64,000 nt of DNA from contig NC_043002.1 in NCBI RefSeq assembly GCF_006345805.1, positions 56,854,001 to 56,918,000 of the forward strand. Reading direction: 5' to 3'. The position numbers and the translations under genes were made by a program. Shown here piece after piece: positions 49,334-61,728 of the stretch; position 1 is the stretch's first letter, and each line of letters starts with the position of its first letter. The notes beneath the pieces are model-generated. The model searched no databases, was not told the DNA's origin, and worked only from the letters and a program-made list of their open reading frames with translations. The stretch is from Octopus sinensis. Its lineage: Eukaryota.

Positions 49334-52300
49334 CATCATCATTCTTTTCATCATTATCCTCACCCTTTTCACATCCACTTTTCTGCTCTTGCAAAGGTTC
49401 TTAGGTAAGGTCAGATTTCTCCATGGCCAGACAGGATCTAAAGGAAGGCTAGAAACAAAAGACACTGCTTGTATGACAGTGATGCTCGTTTACAACAATC
49501 ACGTGATGTCAAGACAAGGAGACAGTAAAACACCCACACACGTATGTATCATCATCATCGTTTTAACATCCACTTTCCCTTGCATGCATGGGTCAGGCAG
49601 GAATTGCTGTGTCTAACCCTTTCTTCTTTCTGAGCAAAATATTTCCTCATGACCAGACATGCTTTTTAACGGAAGATTGAAAACGAAGGACACTTCTAGT
49701 ATGAGGCTGACATGATGTCCCTTTTACACACACAAAAACATATACAATTAGCTTCTTTCAGTTTCCTTCTACTGAATCTCCTCACAATGCTTTTGTAAAC
49801 TTTCAGGGGAGAGGGGGGGGAGCTATAATAGAAGTCATTTATTCAAGGTGCCATGCAGTGGGACTGAACCCCAAACTACATGGTTGGAAAGCAAACTTCA
49901 CAGCAATACCTGTGCATCTCTATCTTTTAGTTTACTGTTATGTTTAATACTCATCATTTATCATCCGTTTTCCATGCTGGCATGGGTTGGACAGTTTGAC
50001 AGGAGCTGGTAAAGCCAGGATCTACAGGCTTTACCACTCTGCTTTGAAATGGTTTCTACAGCTGGATGTCCTTCCTAACACCAACCACTTTAAAGAGTGG
50101 ATTTGGTGCATTTTATGTGGCACCAGCACATAATATAGTGTGTAGTATAATGGTATATAGCTTTATCTTTGATACTGGGGAATCATATGGCACAGTGCCA
50201 TGTTATACGTTTGGATGAATTAGTAAAATGTTGCATAAACAATTTCTTTTTTTTTTTTTTAGATGATTTGCTGAAAGTGAGTACAATAAAGTATTTTGGC
50301 AAAAAACTCCCACTGTATTTTTTTCTTCTTTTACTTGTTTCAGTCATTTGACTGTAGCCATGCTGGAGCACTACCTTTCATTGAACAAATCAACCTCAGT
50401 ACTTAGTCTATGTAAGCCTAGTACTTATTCTATCACACTCTTTTGCTGAACTGCTAAGTTACGGGGATGCAAATTCACTGACATTGGTTGTCAAGTAGGG
50501 GCAGAGGGAAAAACACAGACACACAAATATATACACATACATCATCATTGTCGTCATTATTTAATGTCCACTTTCCATGCTGGCATGGGTCGAACGATTT
50601 GACTGAGGACTGGCGAGCCAGAAGGCTGCACCAGGCTCTAATCTGATCTGGTTTTCTACAACTAGATGCCCTTCCTAACGCCAACCACTCTGAGAGTGTA
50701 GTGGGTGCTTTTGTGTGCCACCTGCACGAGGGCCAGTCAGGCAGGCCTGGCATCAACCACGCTCAAATGGTATTTTTTAAGTGCCACCTGCACAGGAGCC
50801 AGTCTGGCGGCACTGGCAATGACCAAGCTTGAATGTTGTTTATCACATACTAGTAAGGTGACGCTGGCAACAATCACGCTTGAATGGTACTTTTTATGTG
50901 CCACTGACATGAGAGTCAGTCAGTGGCCCTGGCAACGATCACGCTTGGGTGGTGCTTTTAATGTTCCTCTGGCACTGGTGCCAATCAGGCAGTACTGTCA
51001 TTGGCCAGGTCAGCGAATATATATATACACATGATGGGCTTCTTTCAGTTTCCATCTACCAAATCCACTCACAAGTATACTATAGTAGAAGACACTTGCC
51101 GAAGGTTCCACACAGCAGGGCTGAACCTGAAACCATGTGGTTGGGAAGCAAGCTTCTTACCACACAGCCACACTTGCACCAGTAGTTTCTTACCACACAG
51201 TCATGCCTGTACCTGTCTTCATGGTATATTTTTATATTTCTTTCTACTATAGGTGCAAAGCCTGACATATACAGTGACCTTCAGCTTTAAGCTTGCACTT
51301 AGTTTGTTGACCATGAAAGGATGCGAGATAAAGTCAACTTAATTGAAATTTGAACTCAGAATGTAAAGACAGACGAAATGCTGCTAACAATTCTGCTAGG
51401 TTGCTGCTTTATAATCCTTTCTAATCCAGTTTGGCAAAGAGGGCTAGTTGATAACACTGACCCTCAAAGCACAACTAGTACTTAAGTGATCGATCCCTTT
51501 CAGGGTCGATAATTATAACAATATTGATTTTACTAAAAAATACTTTAAGAATTTTAGCAGTAATATTAGATTCATTTTAAAATATTTAAAGCAGGACTAC
51601 TGTTTGTGGTATCAGCTGTTTCTCAACTTTTGAATGTAGCTGAATCTTTTAAAGATAACACACACACATCATCATCATTGTCATCATAGTTTTAATGTCC
51701 ACCTTCCATGCTAGCATGAGTGGGACAGTTTCACAAGAGCCAGCCAGGCAGAAGCCTGCACCAGACTTCTGTGACTGTTTTGGCAGGATTCTTACAACTG
51801 GATGCCCTTCCTAACACCAACCACTCAGCGGAGGGGACTCAGTGCTTTTTACATGACACAAGCACAGGCGAGCTCAGTTTTGGCTAGGTTTTTATAGCTG
51901 GATGCCCTTCTGAACACCAACCACTTTACAGTGTGAATTGGATGCTTTTAAGTGGCACCTGCACTCACAGGGTCACCAAGTACTTTCAAGACAAAAAAAA
52001 AGAACCCTTTCAAGAGGGGAGGAGGTGATCTTGTGTTAGATAATGAAAAGGTTATAGTGAGACAAATACAAGTGTCTTGCTGTAGAGGAAGTACAAAGTT
52101 ACTCAGCTGGAGAGAGAAAGATCAGAATGAAGACAAAAACAGGTGTGTGATCGCAAAGGAAATACACATCTTGATTTCAGTCCCACTGAATGGCACCTTG
52201 GGTGGTGTCATCTACAATTCATGTGTGTGTGTGTATATGTATGTATATATATATATATTAGTTAGATAGACCTTTGGCATTATGTTGTGTTTCAGAAGAC

Positions 52301-52512
52301 AACCTATCAAGCAAAACTGCAGTCATGGCAGAGACTGGTGTCGCACAAATGGCACCCATTTCACTCTCAGAGTGGTTGGCGTTGGGAAGAGTATCCAGCC
52401 ATAGAGAACCATACCAAATCAGATTGGAGTCTGGTGCAGCCTTTCAGCTTGCCAGCCCTGGTGAAACTATCCAACCCATGCCAGCATGGACAACAGACAT
52501 TAAATGATGATG

Positions 52513-52592
<80 letters not shown>

Positions 52593-53869
52593 CGCACACT
52601 AGCAAATGCACCCACATCCTTTAGATGATTTAAGTTGCTTTGGTGGTATTTTTTCATCAAATAATTGAACTTCTACCAAGAAGGTTTATGAGTAGCACGG
52701 CAATCTATGTTTCTGATTAACCTAGGAACGGAAAATCAAATTGAAGGCTGGTTATTGTGGAGGTTGTTGCACTTTAATGATTATAGAACATATAAGTTTG
52801 CAAGCGAAGAAAAGTAGAGCTACTGAAGTGTTTTGGGAGTAGATTATGAATAATGATTACAAAATATAGTTGTTTTACATGAAAGCAAAATTTCTTGTAA
52901 GAAACAGCCACTTAAGTGGTGTAAGGAAATAGAAGGAAGACATTGAAACTTCTTCTCTGAGTTTATTTTATTCAACAATAAAGGGAGCTATTTTTTTGGA
53001 GAGATAAGCTAACAAAAGCCCCTTTGTTCTGTCTTCCCATATAACCTGCACATAAACTAACAGTGAATGCTGCATAAAGTTAAATTGGTATGGAGCTTTC
53101 TGAAAGATACGTATAACTTTCACTAGTGGTAGCAAAACTCTTATTCAAAGGTGGATTCTTTGGGACAAATCATATGTGATTGTTTAAAAAAAGGCTAGAA
53201 CAACAATGCTAAAATGTATTTGAAACAATGGACAACAGTCGAAATATCATAAGGGATCGGTAAATAAGCATCCTTAAAGTGAAACACTGCATTGGTAGGT
53301 AAACAAAGGTATCAACAAATAGAAGAGATGGAAGGGAACATCACCTTTCAAGTAACTCAGAATAGGAAAAGGCAAGCTTACCAAAGTTTAATGCAGTTTA
53401 AATATGGAGATTAAGATTGTTTGGTATTGGATATTCATCGAGTACAGTGTTCCTAGTCAATTTAATCACTGTGGCAGGTGGACAGTCGAAATAAATAGAC
53501 AAAATCCTTTCACTTTTATAAAAAGATTAAAAAAGACCCTACATACAAAAAAACTATGTCCATTTAGGTCCATTTACGTGGGAACTCTGGGAAAAATGTT
53601 TAGTGCATGACCATCCTTGGGACATAAGTAACGTGAGTGTAAAGTTTGGTGAAAATCAGTTGAGAACTGTGAAAATGTATGCGTTAGTCATTATATACTG
53701 CAATTTATATATGCTAGATATACACATAGCGTATGTTAGGGATATTTGTGAACATTTCAGTATATTACTCTCTTCAGACCAATTAAAATTTCTTTCTTTT
53801 AATTATTTCAGACTTCTCCATGGTAGATAAAGTGATAACAAGAAATGAAAAGGCATGCAGTGACTGTTG

Positions 53870-54790
53870 CCAACTTTCTAAATGTTGCAAGATCTTTTGT
53901 ACACTAAGCTCAAATGGAATTGGAAGAGAAAGCCTACAACAAGATTGTTTCAACTCTATTAAAGAGAGAGAGAGAGAAAAGAAAAAAAACTTTCTAAATG
54001 TTTGGACACTATAAGGATGTTAAGTTCATCCAACAGGTTAAAACATTATTGATGATGAACAGAGACAATCAAATAAGACTTTCAGATATCAGAGTAGACT
54101 ATGAGAACTGTGGTGCAAGAGGACATTTGATAGAAGTCATATCAAGGAAAGGCCAATTTACATCTGCAAAAATACAGGAAAACTGTTTGATCCATGCCAA
54201 GTGGCTACTTAATGAGGTTAAAAACCTTCATGACTACGACATGATGAGAAAAACTTTGATTAAAACCAAAAGTCTAACAGGAAAAATGACATGATTATGT
54301 GCAGATAACTTGTGATGTTCCCAGGGTGATGCACACTAAGATTCCAGCAAACATGATGGTTTCTGGAGTGGTAATGAAGGTCATGTCATGCCACCTCACG
54401 TCTTTCCACAAGATCTGACAACCAATGCTGTTAACACATAAACATACTAGAGACAGTTGTGAAGCCCTGGATGGATGAAGGAGAGAGTGGAAGGCCGTAC
54501 GTGTTTCAACAAAACTCAGTACTGTTTCACAAAGCCCATGTAACCAAGAATGGATGTCAGGCAATCTTTAGAATCATGTGACACCAAACTTGTGGATACT
54601 CCATTTGGAGCATTCTTAAATGAGAGACCAATGGACAGTTTCACAATAGCTTCACTGAAGACCACTGTTATCAAGATAATATCTAAAATGAATATGGACC
54701 ATTTAATGCAGGAAGCATTCAATGTATTGAAGCAGTCATCAAAGCTGAAGGCAGATCCATAGAGTAATCTTATTGAGAACATTTTCACAA
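53870..54790 (+). mobile_element. Decayed Tc1/mariner-superfamily transposase remnant
   Basis: VPRVMHTKIPANMMVSGV..GHVMPPHVFP..VVKPWM..RPYVFQQNS; same superfamily as 14731-15592. Confidence 0.8.
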
Positions 54791-55808
54791 ATTCTTATTA
54801 AAATACAAACATTACATTGTTACATTGGACTTGTTTTATTAAATTACCATATATATCTTCAAATATCTCTAGCACCCAGTATATGTATCTGTTAGAAAGG
54901 GCATCCAGCATTAGAAACCTTGCCAAATCAGATTGGAACCTGGTGCAGATCCCCAGTTTTCAGTCACACCAACCAACCCATACCAGCATGGGAAGCAGAT
55001 GTTAAATGATGATGCCGATGACCACCCACACATGCATATATCTTGATTTACTTGTTTCAGTCTGTGGCCATGCTGGAGCACCACCTTCGATCAAACAAAT
55101 AGACCTCACGATTCATTCTTTGTAAGCCTAGCACTTACTCTATTGGTTTCTTTTACAGAACCGTTAACTTATGGGGATGCAAACAGACCAACATCGGTTG
55201 TCAAGCAATGGTGGGGGGACAAATACAGACACAAACATATATATATACACACACGACAGGCTTCTTTCAGTTTCCGTCTACCAAATTCACTCACAAGGCT
55301 TTGGTCGGCCCAAGGCTATAGAGGAAGACACTTGTCTAAGGTGCCATGCAGTGGGACTGAACTTGGAACCATGTGGTTGGTAAGCAAGCTTCTGAACACA
55401 CAGCTGTGCCTGTGCCTATAATTAAATCTAACAATGAGGATAAACATATATGTATATAAAAGGATATATGCATGTATATACATATATATGCATGTTTACA
55501 CATCATTATTGTCACTATCATCTGTAATAAACATGTTTTGAAGATATATAATTTTCCAATCTTTTCGGTGATGTTGTGTGTGTGTGATGTACTGATCTGT
55601 GATAGAAAATTCAACAAAAAAAGTACTACATCTCAGTTTTTTTTTTTTTTGTGTTCCTTCTATCATTCAATTTCTTTAGTTCGTTATGATATGTGGTTTG
55701 CACTTGAAGAATATGTTTGAGTTCTCTCAACATGAAAATATTAGTGGCACTTTAATATATGTATGGCAACCTTTAAATAAATATTGTGTGTATGTGTGTA
55801 TATATGTA

Positions 55809-55847
<39 letters not shown>

Positions 55848-57673
55848 ATATATACATGTTTATATATGCATGTGTGTATAAATATATGTATGTATGTGTG
55901 TGTGTGTACATATACATATGTATATGTGTGTGTGTGTGTGTGTGTGTACATATGTGTGTGTATGTGTATATATATGTGTGTGTGTATATATATATGTATG
56001 TATGTATATATATATATGTATGTAAATTCTTTATAAAACCTCAGCAGCTATTCCCACCCAGACTGATTGTTTTGGCACTTCCACAACTGGAAGAATAGAA
56101 AGGTAATAGAAATATCTGAAGGAACCAGAAGAAGCTTACAACATGCCTGCTGCTAGTTTACAACCAAATGAATTTCCTTATTTTTAGAACAACCTCTGTG
56201 TATCTGTGTCATGAAAAAAAAAAAATGACAAATATTTCAATCCAATTCTTTTAAGGAATTTTCCCTCCAGTTATAAAGTAAAATTTTACAGTTTTAACCC
56301 TTCTGAATAGCAAGCCACTAAAGACATGGTTCTATTATTCATCTTTCTTCCTATTTTAACTACTAAGCATTTAAACTGAAGAAAATATTCTACATGTTTT
56401 ATGCTCAAACCAACCAGATCCTGCCACTCACACCTATCCTACAATGTTACTGCTTTCAATTTTCTCGTACCTTTGAGATTTCAATGATGCTTATTTTTAG
56501 GGTATGAATAAATAAGCATTCCATTTGACAGAGTAATCCAAACACCAAAATGTTAAAGTGATCGAAATTAAAGCCTTTCATTGCAATTTCATAATCACAA
56601 ACACCAGCTTATCCGTTTAGCATTTAATCTGGCCACATCCAGCCTAAATATTCTATCTGTTTTGAGTTCAAACTGACCTAATCAAACCTTTTACACCTAT
56701 CCTACAATGCTGTTCATAAAATATACAATCACATTACGCTTGAGAAGACCTGTTGAGTCAAGTGAAGTCATTGTCGTGGCCGATGCCAGTGCCACATAAA
56801 AAGCACCATTTGAATGTGGCTGATGCCAGTTATAGTGGCATGTAAAAAGTGCCATATGAGTGTGGTCAATGCCAGTGCTGCCCGACTGGTACCCGTGCCG
56901 GTGGCACGTAAGAAAACACCATTCGAGTGTGGGTGATGCCAGTGCTGGTGACATGTAAAAAGCACCCTCTACACTCATGGAGTGGCTGGCATTAGGAAGG
57001 GCCTCCAGCTGTAGCTATCTTGCCAGAACAGATTGGAGCCTGGTGCAACTCTCCCAGCTTACCAGTTTTCAGTCAAACCGTCCAACCCATGCCAGCATGG
57101 AAAGTGGATATTAAACGATGATGAGGATAAGGATGATGACATCATTGAAATGAAATAATGTATGATTAATTGAAAACGTGAAAAAATAAGCATTATTATT
57201 TTGACAGAGTAATGTGAATGTCAAAAGGGTCAATGCAGACAAAATTATTTCAGTAAATTCATTCCTTTCATAATTAAAAATAAAATACTGGGGTAGCCAT
57301 GTATCTCCTTTATTGCAAGATACCGGTTTCTGCTCCATCATACTTTTGCCTCTTTATACTTGGCATAAAGCCACCTCAATACTACTGTCCACCTGGAGTA
57401 TTGGGTCTTGTCTTGTGAGTTACTTGTGACCTCATTGGTGTGGGAGCCATGAAAAATGCACCCAGTACCCTCTGTAAATTGGTTGGCATCTAACAATAGA
57501 TACAATGCCAAAGCAGATACTAGAGCTTTGATGCAGTCCTTTGTATTGTCAGGTCCAATACAAGCATGAAAGACAGACATTAAATGACAAGGAAGAGGAA
57601 AAACAATGTATTTCAACAAAAGGGTTAAAATCCACTGAAATAATATTGAATATGCCATCAGTCTTTTCATATT

Positions 57674-57910
57674 TACATTATTTACATTTGACGGATATTT
57701 GTCCTCATCTTGTTTGTTGTTAACATGTTTTGGCTGATATACCCTCCAGCCTTCATCAGGTGTCTTGGAGAAATTTTAAACCTGGGTTCTCATTCCTAAG
57801 GTATTTTTTGATATTATTAATTATTATTATTATTCAGGTCACTGCCTGGAATTGAACTCGGAATCTTGGGATTAGTAGCCCATGCTCTTAACCATTTCAC
57901 CATACGCCCA
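57674..57910 (-). mobile_element. Single-arm copy of the tRNA-SINE with the minimal-hammerhead tail
   Basis: Matches the left arm of 2081-2628 (head, (AAT)n, tail); CTGATGA intact on -, GAAA mutated to AAAA. Confidence 0.85.
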
Positions 57911-60900
57911 TCTTATCATGTTAGTCATCATTATCATTTAATGTCCACTTTTCCGTGCTTGCATGGGTCAGACAGAATTTGTTGAAGCAGATTTTCTATG
58001 GCTGGATGCCCTTCCTGTCACTAACCCTCACCTGTTTCCAAATAAAGCAATATTTTTCATGCGCAATTCCTCACCACCACTCCCCCACACTTAATTAGTT
58101 CATATTTAAGTTAATAGATCTCATGTAACTACCAAATCAACTTTTGCTATTATTTTGCGCGAAATGCTTAGTGGTATTTCGTCTGCTGTTATGCTCTGAG
58201 TTCAAATTCCACCAAGGTCGACTTTGCCCTTCATCCTTTTGGGGTCAATTAAATAAGTACCAGTTATGCACTGGGGTCAATGTAATTGACTTAATCCCTT
58301 TGTCTGTCCTTGTTTGTTCCCTCTACATTATCCCCTTGTGAGTAATAAAGAAATAATTATTTTAATCACATTTACCAGAGGCACAAGGGGGTGGGGAGAG
58401 GAGAAGGATGCTCAATAAAGTAAGTTCTACTGGATGCTTCACCAAAATTTATGGAGAAACTATTATCCTTGTTACTGATGATGATGACAACGATACTATA
58501 ATTGGAGTCAATGGTTCCATCTTACTGGGATTAAATGAAATGTCCAGCAGACAAAACTATACAAGGTGGCTTTGTGTCTAATCCAACGAAACCTCTCACC
58601 ACAGCACCCTTCTCCTCCTTTTCCCCCTGTCTGCCTTGTTGTTATAATGATTATCTGTTTCATCATGTCTTCCTGTCTATATTGAGATTGGTAAGACAGC
58701 AGTAGAGGAAGAGCCTGCAGTCTCAGACATTACATTCTTCAAGAGGTGTTTTACTGCCAAAATTTATTATCAAGTGGAACAGACATGGCTACTTTTGTTT
58801 ATTTATTTTTGTCAGCCAACAAAACAACTCGAGCGCCAAATAGAGTCAAGTGTCTTGTCCAAGGCCACAACACAATGCCAACATCAAGGTTTGAATATAA
58901 AAATCAGTGAAAACACAATCTCTCTGTTTCACTGGTTTTTAATTAATTTATATATTTATCCCATCTTTTTTTTATCTTTTACTTGTTTTAGTCATTAGAC
59001 TATGGCCATGCTGGGGCACCAAACAAATTGATCCCAGTACATATTATTTTTAAAGCCTCATACTTATTCTGTCAGTTTGTTTTGCTGAACCACTAAGTTA
59101 CAGGGATGTAAACACACCAACACCAGGTGTCAAACAGTGGTGAGAGACATACACACACACCCACCCACCAGGCTTCTTTCAATTTCGGACTACTAAATCC
59201 ACCCAGAAGGCTTTGGTCAGCCTGGGGCTATAGTAGAAGATGCTTGCCCAAGGTGCCATGCAGTGGGACTGAACCCAGAACCATGTGGTAGGAAAGTAAG
59301 CTTCTTATCACACAGCCATGCCAGCATCTTAATATTCTGGCAATAAGAGTTGGATAAGTTTACAATTTCAGATATTTGTAATTATTAATGTAAAAAACTA
59401 ATTTCTAACATTGGCACAAAGCCACGTATTTATAGAGAATGGTGAGAGTTAATTGGATAGATTCCAGTATATTACTGGTATTTATTTTTATCAACAAAGG
59501 AAAGATAAAAAACATTCCACTCCATCACATCAGGATTTTCAAAGTCATCTTTTATGTTATCATCAGCTTTATTCCCAAGAGGCATTCTTGGTATTGGTTC
59601 AAAGAGTTTGCCATACTATCCCCCATCACCTTCTGGTGTTACCTTCTCTACCTGTCTGGACTCATTCTTCTAAGGTCTTCTTTGCCCTACCTCTGCTTGA
59701 CACATTGCTGATTCTATATAAGCATGTAGGTCTCCAGACTATGACAGAGACAGCTGGAAGGTGCATCTGTGCGTGTATTTATTCACACCCCCACCCACCC
59801 ACTCATAGGTAGCTATGTATCTTCTCTCCAGCCAGACCTCCCCCCTCCGTTCTTGTCTCTCTATCATACTTCTCAACATCAGGGCACAAAGCCACCTCCC
59901 TCAGCTGAGGAGTCTTGTCTTGCGAGTTCACTTGGTGACCTCGTAGGTTTTGGTGCCACAACAAAAGCACTCAATTCACTCTGTAAAGTGGTTGGTATCA
60001 GGAAGGGCACCTAGCCATAGAAACCATGCTAAAACAGACACCTAGAGTTCAAGACAGTCCTCTCATTCATTGGATCTTGTTGAAACATCCAACCCTTGCT
60101 CGCATGAAAGACATGATGATGATGATGATGAAACATATATTTTCAAAGAAGGCTTGAGGAAAATAAGGGGCCTACAGATTCAAAAGAAATCAAGTGACAG
60201 AAAGCTCAAAGGATTGATTATGATAAACCAGAGGAGAACAAAACGATGGCAGCAAGCAACAGAGAGGAGCAGTTTGAGGAAAGAAGCTGTTTCAATAGAA
60301 AAGACTTATGACTAACAGGAAGCTCAATGGATAAATGATATGCCTGGGAAGATAAGCAGGCAACATGTTTAAAAGCCTTGACAGAAGACAGTGGACCGGA
60401 AAGTTCGTCAGAGCAAAGACAACAAAAATATATTTCAGTGAGGAGCCAAAGAGTACAATCTAGGTGACCTATCTATCTATCTCATTGTTTAACATCCGCC
60501 TTCCCTGCTAGCATGGGTGGGATATATATATATATATATATATATTTTAGTAATATTTAGCAGAAGCAAGAGAGTGATTCAAAGACCAAGAGTTTCATAT
60601 AACTAGTTACTGATTGTAGATATGTAACTAGTTTTGTAAGTAGTTTGGTAAGTGTAAATTCTTGAAACTGTTGGCTTCTCCTAAATATTAGTAATATATA
60701 TATATACCATCACGATTGTTTAATGTCTGTTTTCCATGCTGGTATGGGTTGGACGGTTTGACAGGAGCTGGCCAGACTCCAATTGTCTGTTTTGGCCTGG
60801 TTTCTACAGCTAAATGCCCTTCCTAATGCCAATCATTTTACAGAGTGTACTGAGTGCATTTTATGTGCCACCGGCATGGGTGTGTTTACATAGCACCAGC

Positions 60901-61320
60901 ACAAGTGCATTTTATGTGGTACTGGCACTTCAAGACAAAAAAGACCTCTCAGCTGGGAGGGTTGGGTATGGCAGTAAAGGACATATAAAACCATAAATAC
61001 TTTTCGAATGCAAAATAACATGCAAGAGCTAGTTCTTAGCTCTGGCTGCTGGATAGTTTTAAGCAAATGAAAGATGTTTTATCCTTGGGTATGACATAAA
61101 CCTGTTCTATCACTGGTATCCAAACAGCTAAATGAACTGAGATCACATAGAATTAAGATTACTATCCAATTATACAATAAAATGCCTGCTAAGGAATTGG
61201 TCAGCTGTAACCTGCATAAGGAATGCAATGTAAAAAGGGAAATAGCTTCTAAGCACTGATGGACATTTAATAGATGCTGATCTGTTCTGATTAACATTCC
61301 CAGAGGATCTGATAGCTTAC

Positions 61321-61418
61321 CTGTACCTCAGCCCCTTTAATCATCAACAAAATGCAATTAAAACCATCAAACTCACAAATGCTAGGCCTCACAATCTTTG
61401 ATATCTCATTCTTGGCAA
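61321..61418 (-). CDS. Coding exon (VAKNEISKIVRPSICEFDGFNCILLMIKGAEVQ), probably upstream of 48040-48984
   Basis: TACAG acceptor after an A/T-rich tract, consensus donor CAG|GTAAGC, open frame; its phase-0 end is compatible with the terminal exon. Confidence 0.7.
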
Positions 61419-61665
61419 CTGTACATAATAAATATGATATATATATAAATAAAAAATACAAAATGTGACAAGAACTCAAAACATTCAAATAGATGATACA
61501 AAAAACATGGACGGGTCATTCGAAGCCTCTTCACTCAAGAACCAGATCATCCTCACAATTTCAGCTGATTAATCTTGAGATTGCTCCAATCTGGCCAGCC
61601 CCAAGGAAAAACTAAGCTACAAGCATTAGATTTCTTGGAAAAAGGGTATATATATATATATGTAC

Positions 61666-61728
<63 letters not shown>

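Noticed and set aside
55686-56098. Long ORFs of YIYI/VCVC/HTHT type (also 10158-10480, 38017-38403, 42471-42719)
   Set aside because: Translations of (TA)n/(TG)n/(CA)n microsatellites, not genes.
61170-61211. Alternative short terminal exon on - (VTADQFLSRHFIV*) after 61321
   Set aside because: A good acceptor is present but there is no independent support; cannot be distinguished from chance.
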